DNA from: Giardia intestinalis
Lineage: Eukaryota
Length of the DNA stretch: 64,000 bases
Direction: 5' to 3' (one strand)
Assembly (NCBI GenBank): GCA_000002435.2
Contig: CM018793.1
Shown: positions 1 through 10,493 of the stretch, piece by piece
Layout of the letters: each line of letters starts with the position of its first letter
Position numbering within the stretch: position 1 is the first letter of the stretch
Made by a program: the position numbers and the translations under genes
The notes under the pieces: generated by a model
Told to the model about the DNA's origin: nothing
The model's input: the letters and a program-made list of their open reading frames with translations, nothing else
The model's database searches: none

Positions 1-28
1 CGACAAGTTTGTCTTCCGCGATCTGGCG

Positions 29-3000
29 ATGCTCCCCGCGAAGCAGCATAATATGACTAATCTCGCCTGCGAGATGAGGCTTCTACACTATGTCGCCATT
101 AATGGAAAGAAGTTTCTGCTGTCTCCTCTTACCAAGACGTCGTTTCCGTGCCTTCTGCACTTTGATCCCGGTTTCCATCTTAGTGTGTGCCTCCAGAATC
201 TTGGTGACTGTATACTCAACATGACTCCCAACCCAAAGAGTCAGGCATTTTTGTCCACTAAATCTATGTACACGGATAACATGAAAGATCTTTTCAAATA
301 TCGTCCTCTATTGACAACTGTAGATGGGCATATGTCGCTGATGCTTTTCACACGCATACTAACTTCTGAAGAGCGCCATGATGTGAGCACAGCTCAAGAG
401 GAAGGCGCTGGTCTCGGTGGCTCACAGCTTTCAGGGCCCTCGGAGGAAAACTTATCTGTTTATATGGAGAACAGCCTGATGGACTTGTCTGCTGTTGTGG
501 GACATAGTGTAGCAGGCGGATTTGCAGCAAGCATAGATCTCCTTGCCAGGAAGCTCAAGATAACTGTTACGACAGCTATCCGCTTATTGTTTGTTGATAG
601 TATGCTCTCAAGTACCGATGCTCTTGGGAAACTACGCAACCTCTCTGCCCTGTACAACGACTGTTATGCTTCTTTGGGGCTTGTTCAGATTTATAAGCCC
701 ACCGATGTCACTGCAGCCTACGGCTTCAAGGTATTCAAGCAAGAGCGCGGCGGGGACTTCCTGCTGAGCGAGGATGACTTGCCACAGGGCATCGTCTCTG
801 GAGAGGATCTTCTTCAGCTCATATGGTCTATGGCCAAGTTTGCTTGCAAGGAGGCCGACCTTCCTGCAGAGCTGCAACGTACCACAATGAGTGCTGATTC
901 TATGAAGAAGTTAACGCATGCATGCATTCTCAATGGGCTACTTGACGATGTCTTTTCATGTGGCTCTTCTGAGACGGTTGCAGGACCTGTAGACGCCCCT
1001 GATAGCACTACTAAAGCGCTCCTTGAGCAGTCCTCTAAGAACGTAGAGGCCCACAATGTACACTTTTACTCATCTAGTTTTGCCATGGGAGCAACTGGTG
1101 TGTACAGGGCAGGTCTCAGTAATATCTTTAGACAAGGTATTCAGGCCATGGAGACACAGGATACTCTGAAGCTACAGGCATCGATGGGAATACATGTAGC
1201 GGACAAGATTATCGCCCATACAGGGAGCCCACTTGACTGCCTAGATATGCTATGTTTGACAAAGGAACATGCACCTGTAAGCCCGGTCACGACTCGCTCC
1301 TGTGTCTTCGATAAGGATCTCAAGCTCAGTTCCAATAATCATGTGGTTATTATCAGTGGTTTCGGTGATCTGTCGAATACGCTCGTGGCTCTATTTTCGG
1401 CTGCGCTCCAATCTGAGCTTAACGGCTCAACCAGCTCAATCAACAAAATTATCACGCGCTCCCTTAATGAACGGGCATTCTTATCTGATCTGCTATCCGT
1501 CCTCCCCAATCTAACGAACACTGTCATCATCGGGCAGATAACTGCCGAAAGCAATCTGTCAGTCCTTTTAGAGTCCGTTGGTACCTTCGTAGCGAGCAAT
1601 TATGTGACTACTGTTCGACATATCTCTGTGTCCACGCCTGCTGTTTTCAACGTGCATTGCGCAGCTACAGAACCAAATGTATATCAACTTCCATTTAACA
1701 TGTCCTTTATTCCTACGTGGACTAAGAAACTGGTTGTTGTTACAGAGCCAGGAGTGGTTCCAGATAAGAATGCAATGTCTCACTTTGGCATCTATTCATT
1801 GTCGGGCCCAGAACTCTCCGCCATCTCAGCCTCTGCGGAATCATCCAAGGCAGCTCAGAGCGCAGCCAAGAAGGCACTCTTGTTGGACAGCCTATCTGCT
1901 AACCCACAGCCCCTGACTGATAAGACTGTTTACGAAATATCCAAGGGAAGCTTGTTTAGCAAAGAGCAAATGGTGATTCATAGTCTCACTCTTCCTGGTA
2001 ACCAAGTCACAGACATTTGCTCCGAAGTAGCCAGAGGCATCACTGATGATGTGTATGCCTGTAGGTGGGACTTTGCGACTCCAGATAAAGACTTGTTCGT
2101 GCTCTTTTCCGACCGGCCAAGCTATCTAAAGAGAGATTCTGGTGCAACGAAGCGACAGCTGCATTCCTCAAAACATCACATTATTCAGCAAATTGATAGC
2201 TCTTACACCGATACGATGCTCCGCAGGTCTCTGGGAGGACTCCGCCGCATTATCACGACAAGGCAATCGATAAAGGTAGGCCTCTTGCCAAAAATATTTA
2301 CCATGCTTTTAGGAGCGTGCGATGGTAACGAAACCCAGGGAAATGTGCAGGTAGTATTAAACCTCAGTAATGCACTCTTCTTGGAGCTTAGCACCCACAG
2401 GAACACGATATCCGTGGGGAGATATAATATTGATGACTACTCTTCGCGGCGGTTCTTCCCAAGCTTCCTAGGAAAGGTGACAGTCTTGAGCAGTGAGCCT
2501 GCCACGATCTTTGAGCAGCCCACTTTTAGCCGCCTATTCTCTAGTTTTATGGAAGAGATCTTCCGTGAGCTGTTTTTGGAATTGGCACCCACCAATCTTG
2601 AGATTAAAGAGTATGGGAAGACTGCAGACCCTCTCGCCGTCGTTGAGGATCTGAACACACTCAGTAAGGAGAACATTTCGTGGAGCCTCGTTAAGGAATA
2701 CTACAGCGACGAGAAACTACCGTCAGGCTGGTACTACGACGGTATAAAGTACATCTCCATGGATGGAGAGCGTTCTAGCGATAGACCTGATAAAGCAGAG
2801 CTTATGAAAAGGTTTGCTGAAGAATTGGAGGCTAAAACGCTTCGCCCAAAGGGTTCTAGCAAGGAAGAGAACCCCACGACGCGAGAGATAGAAAACGACA
2901 TACTTAAGCTTAATATCAGAGACGATTCAGAGCCAGAGAGCGATGCAGATGGCATGAATGTGCCATTCGTAGCAAACAAAGCCATTCCGGACCCTGTCAA

Positions 3001-3211
3001 CGTTGGCAGTTCTGAGGCATCGAGACCTTCAAGGAACCCAATTGGGTCCATTGCAACAGCCCTAAGAGATGAATCGGGGCAAGGCACAAAGAATGCAGTC
3101 TATACCAAAAACACCGTTCCTGCTTCGCGAAATGCGGCGATACTGCGCCCGTCGGGCTCCCGCACAACCCAGGCCCAAAATCAAAAATCTAAGCCTGGTG
3201 CCAGGCAATAG
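29..3211 (+). CDS. large hypothetical protein (1060 aa), possibly 5'-truncated by window edge
   Basis: Uninterrupted 3.2-kb ORF from ATG at 29; the frame stays open upstream to position 2, so the true start may lie outside the window. No domain recognisable by eye. Confidence 0.7.
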   Translation: MLPAKQHNMTNLACEMRLLHYVAINGKKFLLSPLTKTSFPCLLHFDPGFHLSVCLQNLGDCILNMTPNPKSQAFLSTKSMYTDNMKDLFKYRPLLTTVDGHMSLMLFTRILTSEERHDVSTAQEEGAGLGGSQLSGPSEENLSVYMENSLMDLSAVVGHSVAGGFAASIDLLARKLKITVTTAIRLLFVDSMLSSTDALGKLRNLSALYNDCYASLGLVQIYKPTDVTAAYGFKVFKQERGGDFLLSEDDLPQGIVSGEDLLQLIWSMAKFACKEADLPAELQRTTMSADSMKKLTHACILNGLLDDVFSCGSSETVAGPVDAPDSTTKALLEQSSKNVEAHNVHFYSSSFAMGATGVYRAGLSNIFRQGIQAMETQDTLKLQASMGIHVADKIIAHTGSPLDCLDMLCLTKEHAPVSPVTTRSCVFDKDLKLSSNNHVVIISGFGDLSNTLVALFSAALQSELNGSTSSINKIITRSLNERAFLSDLLSVLPNLTNTVIIGQITAESNLSVLLESVGTFVASNYVTTVRHISVSTPAVFNVHCAATEPNVYQLPFNMSFIPTWTKKLVVVTEPGVVPDKNAMSHFGIYSLSGPELSAISASAESSKAAQSAAKKALLLDSLSANPQPLTDKTVYEISKGSLFSKEQMVIHSLTLPGNQVTDICSEVARGITDDVYACRWDFATPDKDLFVLFSDRPSYLKRDSGATKRQLHSSKHHIIQQIDSSYTDTMLRRSLGGLRRIITTRQSIKVGLLPKIFTMLLGACDGNETQGNVQVVLNLSNALFLELSTHRNTISVGRYNIDDYSSRRFFPSFLGKVTVLSSEPATIFEQPTFSRLFSSFMEEIFRELFLELAPTNLEIKEYGKTADPLAVVEDLNTLSKENISWSLVKEYYSDEKLPSGWYYDGIKYISMDGERSSDRPDKAELMKRFAEELEAKTLRPKGSSKEENPTTREIENDILKLNIRDDSEPESDADGMNVPFVANKAIPDPVNVGSSEASRPSRNPIGSIATALRDESGQGTKNAVYTKNTVPASRNAAILRPSGSRTTQAQNQKSKPGARQ

Positions 3212-3227
3212 TAGGTGCATCTTTAGG

Positions 3228-3251
3228 TTAAAGTTGAAATTAAAATTGAAA
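3228..3251. repeat. tandem hexamer TTRAAA x4 in AT-rich intergenic DNA
   Basis: ttaaag ttgaaa ttaaaa ttgaaa, between the stop of gene 1 and the 98-aa ORF. Confidence 0.7.
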
Positions 3252-3305
3252 GTGGCATTAAAATGATGAGAAGGGGATTTTAAAAATACAACACTACAAG
3301 ATCCA

Positions 3306-3602
3306 ATGACCAGCATGAATGCGCCCGATGATCGTAAGCAGGAGCTTTCAGGAGAGCTCAAGAATCTTCAGCCTATTCTAGAGATGATGCGCCTAGAGCA
3401 GATAATCGACTCTTGCAGTTCATCTCCAAGGTCCTCAGTATTTAAAATGGGCCGCCAGCCAAAGCGCCAGAGAGATATATTAGCAGAGGAGGACATCTTC
3501 ATGACCTCTACTGAGTGCTCGCTCAATAATTCGCGGGCCGAGTCTCCGAAGGAGGCCAGCGATGAAGATCTAATAGGAATCACATTCAAGAAGAATTTCT
3601 AG
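3306..3602 (+). CDS. small acidic/Ser-rich hypothetical protein (98 aa)
   Basis: ATG-initiated ORF in a 600-nt gap between two larger genes, preceded by an AT-rich stretch with a TTRAAA hexamer repeat. Could be a non-coding spacer. Confidence 0.3.
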   Translation: MTSMNAPDDRKQELSGELKNLQPILEMMRLEQIIDSCSSSPRSSVFKMGRQPKRQRDILAEEDIFMTSTECSLNNSRAESPKEASDEDLIGITFKKNF

Positions 3603-3817
3603 CGCGTCTATGTTCACCGTCGGTACCTCTAGATGCTTCAGTAATTAGTAGTTCGCTTCTTGTACGCGGTCTACTTGTTTTTTGTTCCGTCTGGGCTTGA
3701 CTCAGTGGTAACTTCTACTAGAATAGGGATGGAGTAAATCGCTCTGCTTCAAGGGGACAAAAACATGGTTAAAATTAATTTTTGCCCCTGGATTCCGGCT
3801 CGGAGCTGCTTGTAATC

Positions 3818-6007
3818 ATGAGTTCAGCCACTATTGCTACACCTGGGCCTTCTTTAGGCACGCATAATCCAGAGCCAGTGATGTCAGATGAGCTACAGCG
3901 TTGGTTTATGGCTGCTCGGCAAGGAGAAGAAGATTATATAAAGAGCCACATATCGGAGTTTGGACTGAAAAGAAATCACGAGGGGCATACAGCACTAATG
4001 ATAGCTGCTAAGTATGATGTGCCGGAGATTATTTCTATTCTGGTTAACAAGGAGGGCGGGGAGCAAACAGACGGTGGCTTAACGGCGCTCGCTTTACAGA
4101 TCACGTCTGGTCACCCGATCAACCTTGAATTGTTCCAGAAAGAGGGCAATATCCAGGTTCGTAGCCACGTCGAGCCAGCATTCCTCGCTGTCATGGTAGA
4201 CAACGTGGATGCGCTGCAATTTATCATCCAGAATATGGGCGATAGCACATCGGGCGAGTCTCTTTACTTATTAGACATTTGCATCGACAACAACTCTGTG
4301 TGTTGCTTTGAGCACCTTATGACTGCATTTACAAATATCCCCAACTCTTACATCAATAAGTTGATAAGCATAGTAGAAAAAAAGCTAGATGTGAACCCCA
4401 GGATCATTAGCATTCTTCGGCGATACAAGCCGTCGCTCACATCCGTGAGTAGAAGTGCTACGACACCTCCACGGACCAAGAAGAAGTCCGAACCTGTCCC
4501 ACTTGTGGGGAGCTCATTAAAGCGATCCGTCTCCGCGACAGTCGACCCTAACTCTCAAGGCAGTTCTTCTCCTGATCCTATGCTAGGTAAGTTGCAGTCT
4601 CCTCGAGAGGCACCTGTGGCCTCTCTGCCACCACCTCCCCAAACTACCTCACCCCTCACCATGACAGACATCGCTCCCCTGCGTGACCAAGACGATGTTC
4701 ACAATGTATCAAGGGGCCCGACCAAACGGTATACGGCCCAATGCTCTAGGGTAGATCCTGTGGCAGATATGATCTTGAGTACTACCCCCAATTTTCCACA
4801 GGATTCCAATGCGTACATGGACACAGGGGTGGGGACAGACACTCTAAGTAATGACCTATTAAAGCCTATGGCTGACCAGCTTGACGCAGATCTCGCCTAC
4901 AAAGCGGACTACGGGCTACTTCCAGGAAAGCTTCCTCTTGCGGAGGGGATTGATGACAACAATGGTTGCAGAGATAATCACAAATGCTGCATCGAATATG
5001 CCTGTCTACTGATGAAGTATGACGATCTGGAGGAAAATAACACATATTTGTATGAAAAAAATTCAGCCTTGCATTCAGAAATAGGAGAGTTAAAACAGAA
5101 CATCATTAAATTAAAAGCCCAGATTGAGCAGCAGAACGCAGATAACGAAGCGCTCAGAAAGTCGTTGGAGGACGCTAGGTCAGCACCCACTCTATCGGCC
5201 TTGCCAGGCCATACCAGCGGCCACCCTGAAATGGATGCTTCTACCTTACATAGTACAGAAGAGCCAGAGTTGGATGAGGGTAATATGATCGGGAAGCTCC
5301 AAATGTATATCATGAAGTCCAGAAGGCTTGAACAGGAGAATCGAGCTCTTAAGCAAAGGCTAGAGGACTGCGTAGCTAAGATTCATGCATTAGAGCGAGA
5401 GAATACGATGAAGGGCCGTCTCAATCAACTGCTTACAGAGGACAACAAGCGCTCAAGGGAGCAATCCAGGTGCACGTCCGTTATATCGCGCTCAGAAAGC
5501 GTCCTGTCGCCAAGCAATACATTCATGGATAGTATGACGGTTGGCCTGGAAGACAGCATAATGGACATGATTACAAGCAAACTTACGGATAGAACTAAGC
5601 TAGAAGCCAATGTATTGCGACGGAAGGTTGCAGAGCTCCGTGCCGATATGTCCCAAATGCTAGAAGATCTCATGATCATCAGTAGTTACTCTATGGATCT
5701 GCTTCCTCCATCCTGTGCTGGGGGCGTGTATACGGCCAACCTCAGAGAAAGAGCTATACGACTGGAGAAGCAAGCTAATACCGACTCCGTCAAGGTGCTG
5801 TTCAAGCGCCACGCAGACTTGGTCATAGACTGCCTGACTTATTTGAGATCCATCCGAGATGAGTCTCGTTCCTATGAAGAGGAGTTCCCGGAGAGCAGGA
5901 GCAAGAGCAGGAGTAGAAGCAAGAACAAGAGTAGGATGGGACGTGCATCCAGTAGATCGTTGTTTGGAACTATACTTCACAAGATTGGTCTGGGAGGAGA
6001 GGATTAG
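3818..6007 (+). CDS. ankyrin-repeat plus coiled-coil protein (Giardia Protein 21.1-like family)
   Basis: N-terminal ankyrin repeats (GHTALMIAAKYDVPEIISILV; GGLTALALQITSGHPINLELF). Long C-terminal heptad-rich region (LHSEIGELKQNIIKLKAQIEQQNADNEALRKSLE) and an SRSKSRSRSKNKSR tail. The track start at 3782 is TTG; first ATG is at 3818. Confidence 0.8.
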   Translation: MSSATIATPGPSLGTHNPEPVMSDELQRWFMAARQGEEDYIKSHISEFGLKRNHEGHTALMIAAKYDVPEIISILVNKEGGEQTDGGLTALALQITSGHPINLELFQKEGNIQVRSHVEPAFLAVMVDNVDALQFIIQNMGDSTSGESLYLLDICIDNNSVCCFEHLMTAFTNIPNSYINKLISIVEKKLDVNPRIISILRRYKPSLTSVSRSATTPPRTKKKSEPVPLVGSSLKRSVSATVDPNSQGSSSPDPMLGKLQSPREAPVASLPPPPQTTSPLTMTDIAPLRDQDDVHNVSRGPTKRYTAQCSRVDPVADMILSTTPNFPQDSNAYMDTGVGTDTLSNDLLKPMADQLDADLAYKADYGLLPGKLPLAEGIDDNNGCRDNHKCCIEYACLLMKYDDLEENNTYLYEKNSALHSEIGELKQNIIKLKAQIEQQNADNEALRKSLEDARSAPTLSALPGHTSGHPEMDASTLHSTEEPELDEGNMIGKLQMYIMKSRRLEQENRALKQRLEDCVAKIHALERENTMKGRLNQLLTEDNKRSREQSRCTSVISRSESVLSPSNTFMDSMTVGLEDSIMDMITSKLTDRTKLEANVLRRKVAELRADMSQMLEDLMIISSYSMDLLPPSCAGGVYTANLRERAIRLEKQANTDSVKVLFKRHADLVIDCLTYLRSIRDESRSYEEEFPESRSKSRSRSKNKSRMGRASSRSLFGTILHKIGLGGED

Positions 6008-7469
6008 CGTCGAAGTCTTCTTTAGTTGCATTATCTTTGCTGCCTCTTCTGCAGCTTCCTCTGAATCTAGATACCAAAGCGACAAGCAATGATATAAGTA
6101 ATCCCGTTAACCCCAGCACTGCACACCACAGGTAGTGAGTCTGGTTGGCAGTAAATCCTTCGAATTCATTAGCCACGCTATTGAACACAGTCGCTTGAAC
6201 AATGAGTACAATGGCAGCCACGATAAGCGCCTGGCAAAGAAACACGGCCGGGTAGACTGAGAGCTGGCACGAGGCCGCAAGCTGCGCCCACATTACAGTT
6301 ATCGTCAGCTCCGCAGCAGCGAATTCGACAACGTTTGCTACAAAAAGCCAGATCAAGTGCTTCACAAAGGCAGGGATAATCAGAAGACAGGATAGGATGA
6401 AGAGAAGGAGGATCTGTAGGATCCCCGTTCGCTTAACCTTTTTACACGTTAGCGCAAGGACACTCCCAAGCACTCCACTAAGTCGCCCAATCATAACAAA
6501 CAGACCGTATAACTCGTCCTTGGTGCCCTGCTGAACATCGTAAAGAATGTTTGTTATATAATTCTGATAAAGTGTATGCCCCGACAGGCTGAAGATGCCA
6601 ATGTACAATGGAAGGACACCCGCGAGCCCTCCGCCCCAAACGTAAGACAGTCCTCGCAGGTAGAGTTTGCGTGACATCTTCTCTGTGCCGATAGATGACG
6701 CGCATAGATCGTTATTCTTTCCGTTCTCCGATGTCTCATCAGACACTTGATTCTTAGATACTTTAAAATAGCTAGTGGGGGTGTGTCGCTGAATACATGT
6801 AAGTATTGTCAGGGGCACAACTGAAGAAGACACCGAAATGGCGGTAATTATGAAGAGGAGACGCTTAGAAAAGTTCGTGATAAAGCTGACCATAAGCTGT
6901 CCAAAGAGATCGCTAATGACATGAGTAACTAGAAGAGTGGTTCTAGAAATTGTGGACGCACGAAGGTGACTGGTCATCACAGAGACAGTCCTATTTTTCA
7001 GAAAGTAAAACGTCGCGCAATACACCGTTTCAGAGGCGACTGCCAGGCCGTAGAAGACTTCGGCAAAAATAGCAACAATTAGCTTGTCGACGAATATGAG
7101 CAGCGTATAGCACACAACATAACCAACCCAGCCAAAATAAAGCAGTGCGTGATGGGATATCCCTATCGACGCCATGCTGAGCACGAGTAGAAAGCCAAAG
7201 TTGCTGTACCCGGACATGGGGAAAACAGTTTGATTTATCTGGTCCATCGAGATCCCATTGTCTATGTAATATGGCACTACGAACGGCTCAGCAGGTTTGA
7301 AGGCACAAAGAATACCTAGAAGGACTTGGAGAAACAACAAAGCATTGAACGAGCCTGCTCGAGGAGCATCACTGCGCGTATTACATTTATCGGACTCCTC
7401 TTTTAGATCTGTGTGTGGGTAATCATTCGATGTGCTATTTGTCACATCTGCTTCTGGTATTTCGGCCAT
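5970..7469 (-). CDS. polytopic membrane transporter (MFS-like, about 12 hydrophobic segments)
   Basis: 499-aa ORF from ATG (rc of cat at 7467-7469) with many 20-25 residue hydrophobic stretches separated by short loops and a central charged loop. Its 3' end overlaps the convergent ankyrin gene by 38 nt. Confidence 0.7.
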   Translation of the reverse strand: MAEIPEADVTNSTSNDYPHTDLKEESDKCNTRSDAPRAGSFNALLFLQVLLGILCAFKPAEPFVVPYYIDNGISMDQINQTVFPMSGYSNFGFLLVLSMASIGISHHALLYFGWVGYVVCYTLLIFVDKLIVAIFAEVFYGLAVASETVYCATFYFLKNRTVSVMTSHLRASTISRTTLLVTHVISDLFGQLMVSFITNFSKRLLFIITAISVSSSVVPLTILTCIQRHTPTSYFKVSKNQVSDETSENGKNNDLCASSIGTEKMSRKLYLRGLSYVWGGGLAGVLPLYIGIFSLSGHTLYQNYITNILYDVQQGTKDELYGLFVMIGRLSGVLGSVLALTCKKVKRTGILQILLLFILSCLLIIPAFVKHLIWLFVANVVEFAAAELTITVMWAQLAASCQLSVYPAVFLCQALIVAAIVLIVQATVFNSVANEFEGFTANQTHYLWCAVLGLTGLLISLLVALVSRFRGSCRRGSKDNATKEDFDANPLLPDQSCEV

Positions 7470-8009
7470 TGAGTGGTTGTGCTGCTTGGAGACTATTTGA
7501 TTAAATTAAAGGGGTAAAAATTGCCCCGTGCGCTCAACCGAAGTACGTTACAATCGCCTGAGTAGAGCAGTATCCTAGTGCTGCTGTGCAGCGATACACG
7601 ACAGTTCGTGTAAGTGTAGAGATTGATCTTTGGTTGCAAACTGCACCAATGGGATGGAAAACGAAGTCTAGCAAAATCGGCACTCTGCTATATCGCCCCT
7701 GTGATTGATGGTTGGATGCTCTCACCTCTGCGGAAAATTGCCGTTCAGCTTTTGCTAGGATATGTTGAGATTAATCCCTTCAAAAATGTTCAAGAGCGTC
7801 TAAAAAATTATTGAAAAATCAAAAAATTCACAGGGCTATGGACTAATAACAATAAGTTGCATTTTTATCAACTTAAGATCAGCCAAACTTGAGTAAACAA
7901 AAACGATGCTCATCAGTTTACTGCTACTGAGAACACACTAATGCGTGGAAGGACACGAGTAGTTGAAGCTTGTACTCGATAGTCATCAATTTTAAATCGA
8001 TTTAAATAT

Positions 8010-9149
8010 ATGCGAGCCGTTAACCTTCCATCGTTTACCTTGCCTTCCCAATCCTACGCCATCATCTCTTACCCCACTCAGCAACCTCACCCTGTGCAAG
8101 ATATGATGACTCAACTCCGGTCTTCCAACACTGCGATCAACGATCAACCTCAGGAGATTGATCCTGCCTCCCAACTAACACAGATGAAAGTATGCGATTC
8201 AGTTGTCTCCTTGCCCATTAGTAACACCATAGAACCAGGCCTTCCCCTGTATAGCCTTGGATCTTCACAACCGTCCTCTCAAGTCCCACCTGCTTCTGTG
8301 GCGAACCGTGTATCCATTGTGCACCAACAACCGGGTGTTAATATAGGTGTTATAGATGCTAACGGGATGTGTTACTTGATTACAACTCCATCATCAACTC
8401 AGCCCGCGGGGCTAACGACACAGCCTAATCTTCAGCTTGGCACTGCTACTACTGCTTCAAGCAGCAGTGTACCCCACTTAATGCCCGCATCTGACAGGCC
8501 TGAGGTTGTACTGACCGACTCCCTTGCCGTTACAAATTCTACAAATATGCTAAATAACACGGCTCTAACGCAATCTGTTGCGCAGATTGCAGCCCTACTC
8601 AGTACTTGCCACGTTTCCATAATCCCTACTCAGAGTCTACCCACGGCAACTCCTCTCACGATCCCCACACAATCGCCCTCTTTGTCAGTACCCTATGCTC
8701 TTTCCGGACGGAACACCGCTGATATCATGCGCGGTGTGCAATCGTACATTGACCCTATCACACTACCCTCGTCATGTAGTGGAGACCCTGGGCCACTAAC
8801 ATTCGACAGCTTACTCCCCAGCAGTATGAATACGCGTGGGAGCGGGCTCTTTGATTATCCGGTATCCACAGACTCTCTATTTCAGAGACACAGGCATAGC
8901 TCAGTAAGACACAAGACCATAGCCGAGCGAACATACTCAAACGCGACGGTGCTCTGGACACCAGAAAAACACGAAGCATTTGTCACTGTTTACGAGAGCT
9001 TAGTGAATGCCAAGGAGAAGATCACACAGGGCGCCATTTTCAAGGAAATGAAGAAGCGCTATCCGAACTTTCAGCTGACTCTACGTCAAATACAATCCAA
9101 GCTACAGAAGTACAGGCTCCGCCTCAATACCCAAGCCGACGCACGCTAA
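8010..9149 (+). CDS. Myb-like DNA-binding protein (SHAQKYF/GARP class), Ser/Thr/Pro-rich N-terminus
   Basis: The C-terminus WTPEKHEAFVTVYESL...IFKEMKKRYPNFQLTLRQIQSKLQKYRLRL matches the W-x-P-E-x-H...SHLQKYR single-repeat Myb signature. ATG follows tttaaatcgatttaaatat. Confidence 0.7.
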   Translation: MRAVNLPSFTLPSQSYAIISYPTQQPHPVQDMMTQLRSSNTAINDQPQEIDPASQLTQMKVCDSVVSLPISNTIEPGLPLYSLGSSQPSSQVPPASVANRVSIVHQQPGVNIGVIDANGMCYLITTPSSTQPAGLTTQPNLQLGTATTASSSSVPHLMPASDRPEVVLTDSLAVTNSTNMLNNTALTQSVAQIAALLSTCHVSIIPTQSLPTATPLTIPTQSPSLSVPYALSGRNTADIMRGVQSYIDPITLPSSCSGDPGPLTFDSLLPSSMNTRGSGLFDYPVSTDSLFQRHRHSSVRHKTIAERTYSNATVLWTPEKHEAFVTVYESLVNAKEKITQGAIFKEMKKRYPNFQLTLRQIQSKLQKYRLRLNTQADAR

Positions 9150-9194
9150 CCATCTAGTGCTAGCTGCCCTGCCCGTCAGCTAAATGCTTACAGG

Positions 9195-10493
9195 CTATCT
9201 ATCGTTATCCGTTTTTGCATAGCATTCGGCTAGTTTTAAGAATGCGCCGGGACACTCTTCGATCTTTTCTGATATTACATTTGTCTGGAAGCCCTCGTCT
9301 TGTGAGCCGAGCAACGCAGATCGCAGTATTAGTAAACCGGCTGATAGTCTATTTACCAACTTCTCCAGGCCGTGGGGCAGCGTGTAGAGCTCTGCATGCA
9401 AGTCGTGCCCAAAAGAAACTAGATTAGCGATCTTCTCCTCCTGACGTGCAATTTCAGAGGTTAGTGTAGTCGACTCCTCAACATTGGCAGAGAGCATGCT
9501 TTCGCTCAGTAGTGCCCTCTTCTCACGAAGCTCGGCGCTCAGTCCACTGACCTTCTTGATGAGTGCCTCATAGCCGCTATCTGTGACTGCAAGAGCAGAC
9601 AGCTTTGTAAACGACCAGTCCGCATCTTTGTCTGTGTCATGAACAGTACTATCAGAATCAAGACATGCGGCGAAGATCTCGCAGCAATCTTTAATCCGCC
9701 TGCTTTTCTTACAATCAGCCTCAATGTCGGCAGCCGTGCGCTCTGTGTGTGGTGCCCGGAGGTCGTTCGCACAAATAGTAGGGAGCAAGTCTTTCTCAGC
9801 TTCACGCGCGAACCAGTCTGCTGCCTTGGTCAGTACTGAAGAATGTTCAACGAGCGTCTTGATGGTGGTGAGGACGTTTTGTCTTTCTATGAGTACAAGC
9901 GTTGCAGAGTCCTGGTCGTCCTGCGCAAGGAGTTTAAGGCTTCGTTCCTTGGTGGCGACAGAAAATTTGTGAAGTGCAAATGCCAGTACAACGCAGTGAC
10001 TGACATATGCAGTGATTGCCGTAACAGCATCAAAGGCAGCAGACCTAGCCATGCAATTTGCAATGGGTGCTTTGCAAAGAATGCCGTCTCCCAGCATTGC
10101 CAAAGAGGAGCTGTCCACCGGCTGGCTCTCTAAGCCTTTCAGATCAGCCCTTGCCTGTTCAAGTGCTTCGGATATCTCTGCCTTGACCTGCAAGAGATGA
10201 TCGCGTGCGAGCCGACGTAACTGGATAAGTAGCATCAGCAAGCTGCTTAACTCTGTACTGCTTCTCCCAGCTTCTGTTCCTATGAGCGCCCTCAGGGACT
10301 CTATCTGATTGTTTAGATCGGACGCGCGCAACTCGTAGGCCTTTTCGGAGTCTTGGAGCTTGCTAATGAAAACGGCACAGATTCCTCGGATAATTGTCCT
10401 AGATGCGCCGTCATTTGGAAAGACTGACAAAACCTGTTTCAGAAACCCCTGCTCTTCAGCAGCCAGTGTGGAATAATCACAATCGGCCGCCAT
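9195..10493 (-). CDS. coiled-coil hypothetical protein (432 aa)
   Basis: ATG-initiated ORF (cat at 10491-10493) preceded on the coding strand by aaaataaaatttaa. Heptad-like leucine spacing throughout. 45-nt convergent gap to the Myb-like gene. Confidence 0.65.
   Translation of the reverse strand: MAADCDYSTLAAEEQGFLKQVLSVFPNDGASRTIIRGICAVFISKLQDSEKAYELRASDLNNQIESLRALIGTEAGRSSTELSSLLMLLIQLRRLARDHLLQVKAEISEALEQARADLKGLESQPVDSSSLAMLGDGILCKAPIANCMARSAAFDAVTAITAYVSHCVVLAFALHKFSVATKERSLKLLAQDDQDSATLVLIERQNVLTTIKTLVEHSSVLTKAADWFAREAEKDLLPTICANDLRAPHTERTAADIEADCKKSRRIKDCCEIFAACLDSDSTVHDTDKDADWSFTKLSALAVTDSGYEALIKKVSGLSAELREKRALLSESMLSANVEESTTLTSEIARQEEKIANLVSFGHDLHAELYTLPHGLEKLVNRLSAGLLILRSALLGSQDEGFQTNVISEKIEECPGAFLKLAECYAKTDNDR

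Noticed and set aside
3690-3760. tRNA-like string ttgactcagtggtaacttctactag (resembles the D-loop GCTCAGTGGTAGAGC)
   Set aside because: No complementary D-stem, no anticodon stem and no T-loop GTTCGAATC-type box nearby; the similarity is limited to one hexamer.
3782-3817. ORF-track N-terminal extensions starting at TTG/GTG (also at 14338, 23355, 34606, 34654, 38309, 40091, 41055, 50506, 61545)
   Set aside because: Inspection of the DNA shows these 'M' residues are TTG or GTG codons. For a eukaryotic nuclear genome I trimmed each gene to the first in-frame ATG, which in most cases is directly preceded by an AT-rich initiator-like stretch.
5660-6085. 141-aa minus-strand ORF over the 3' end of the ankyrin gene; similar internal alternate-frame ORFs (11339-11677, 25770-26243, 33799-34245, 18286-18726)
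   Set aside because: They are nested inside longer, domain-bearing ORFs on the other frame or strand, with low-complexity translations; treated as chance ORFs.
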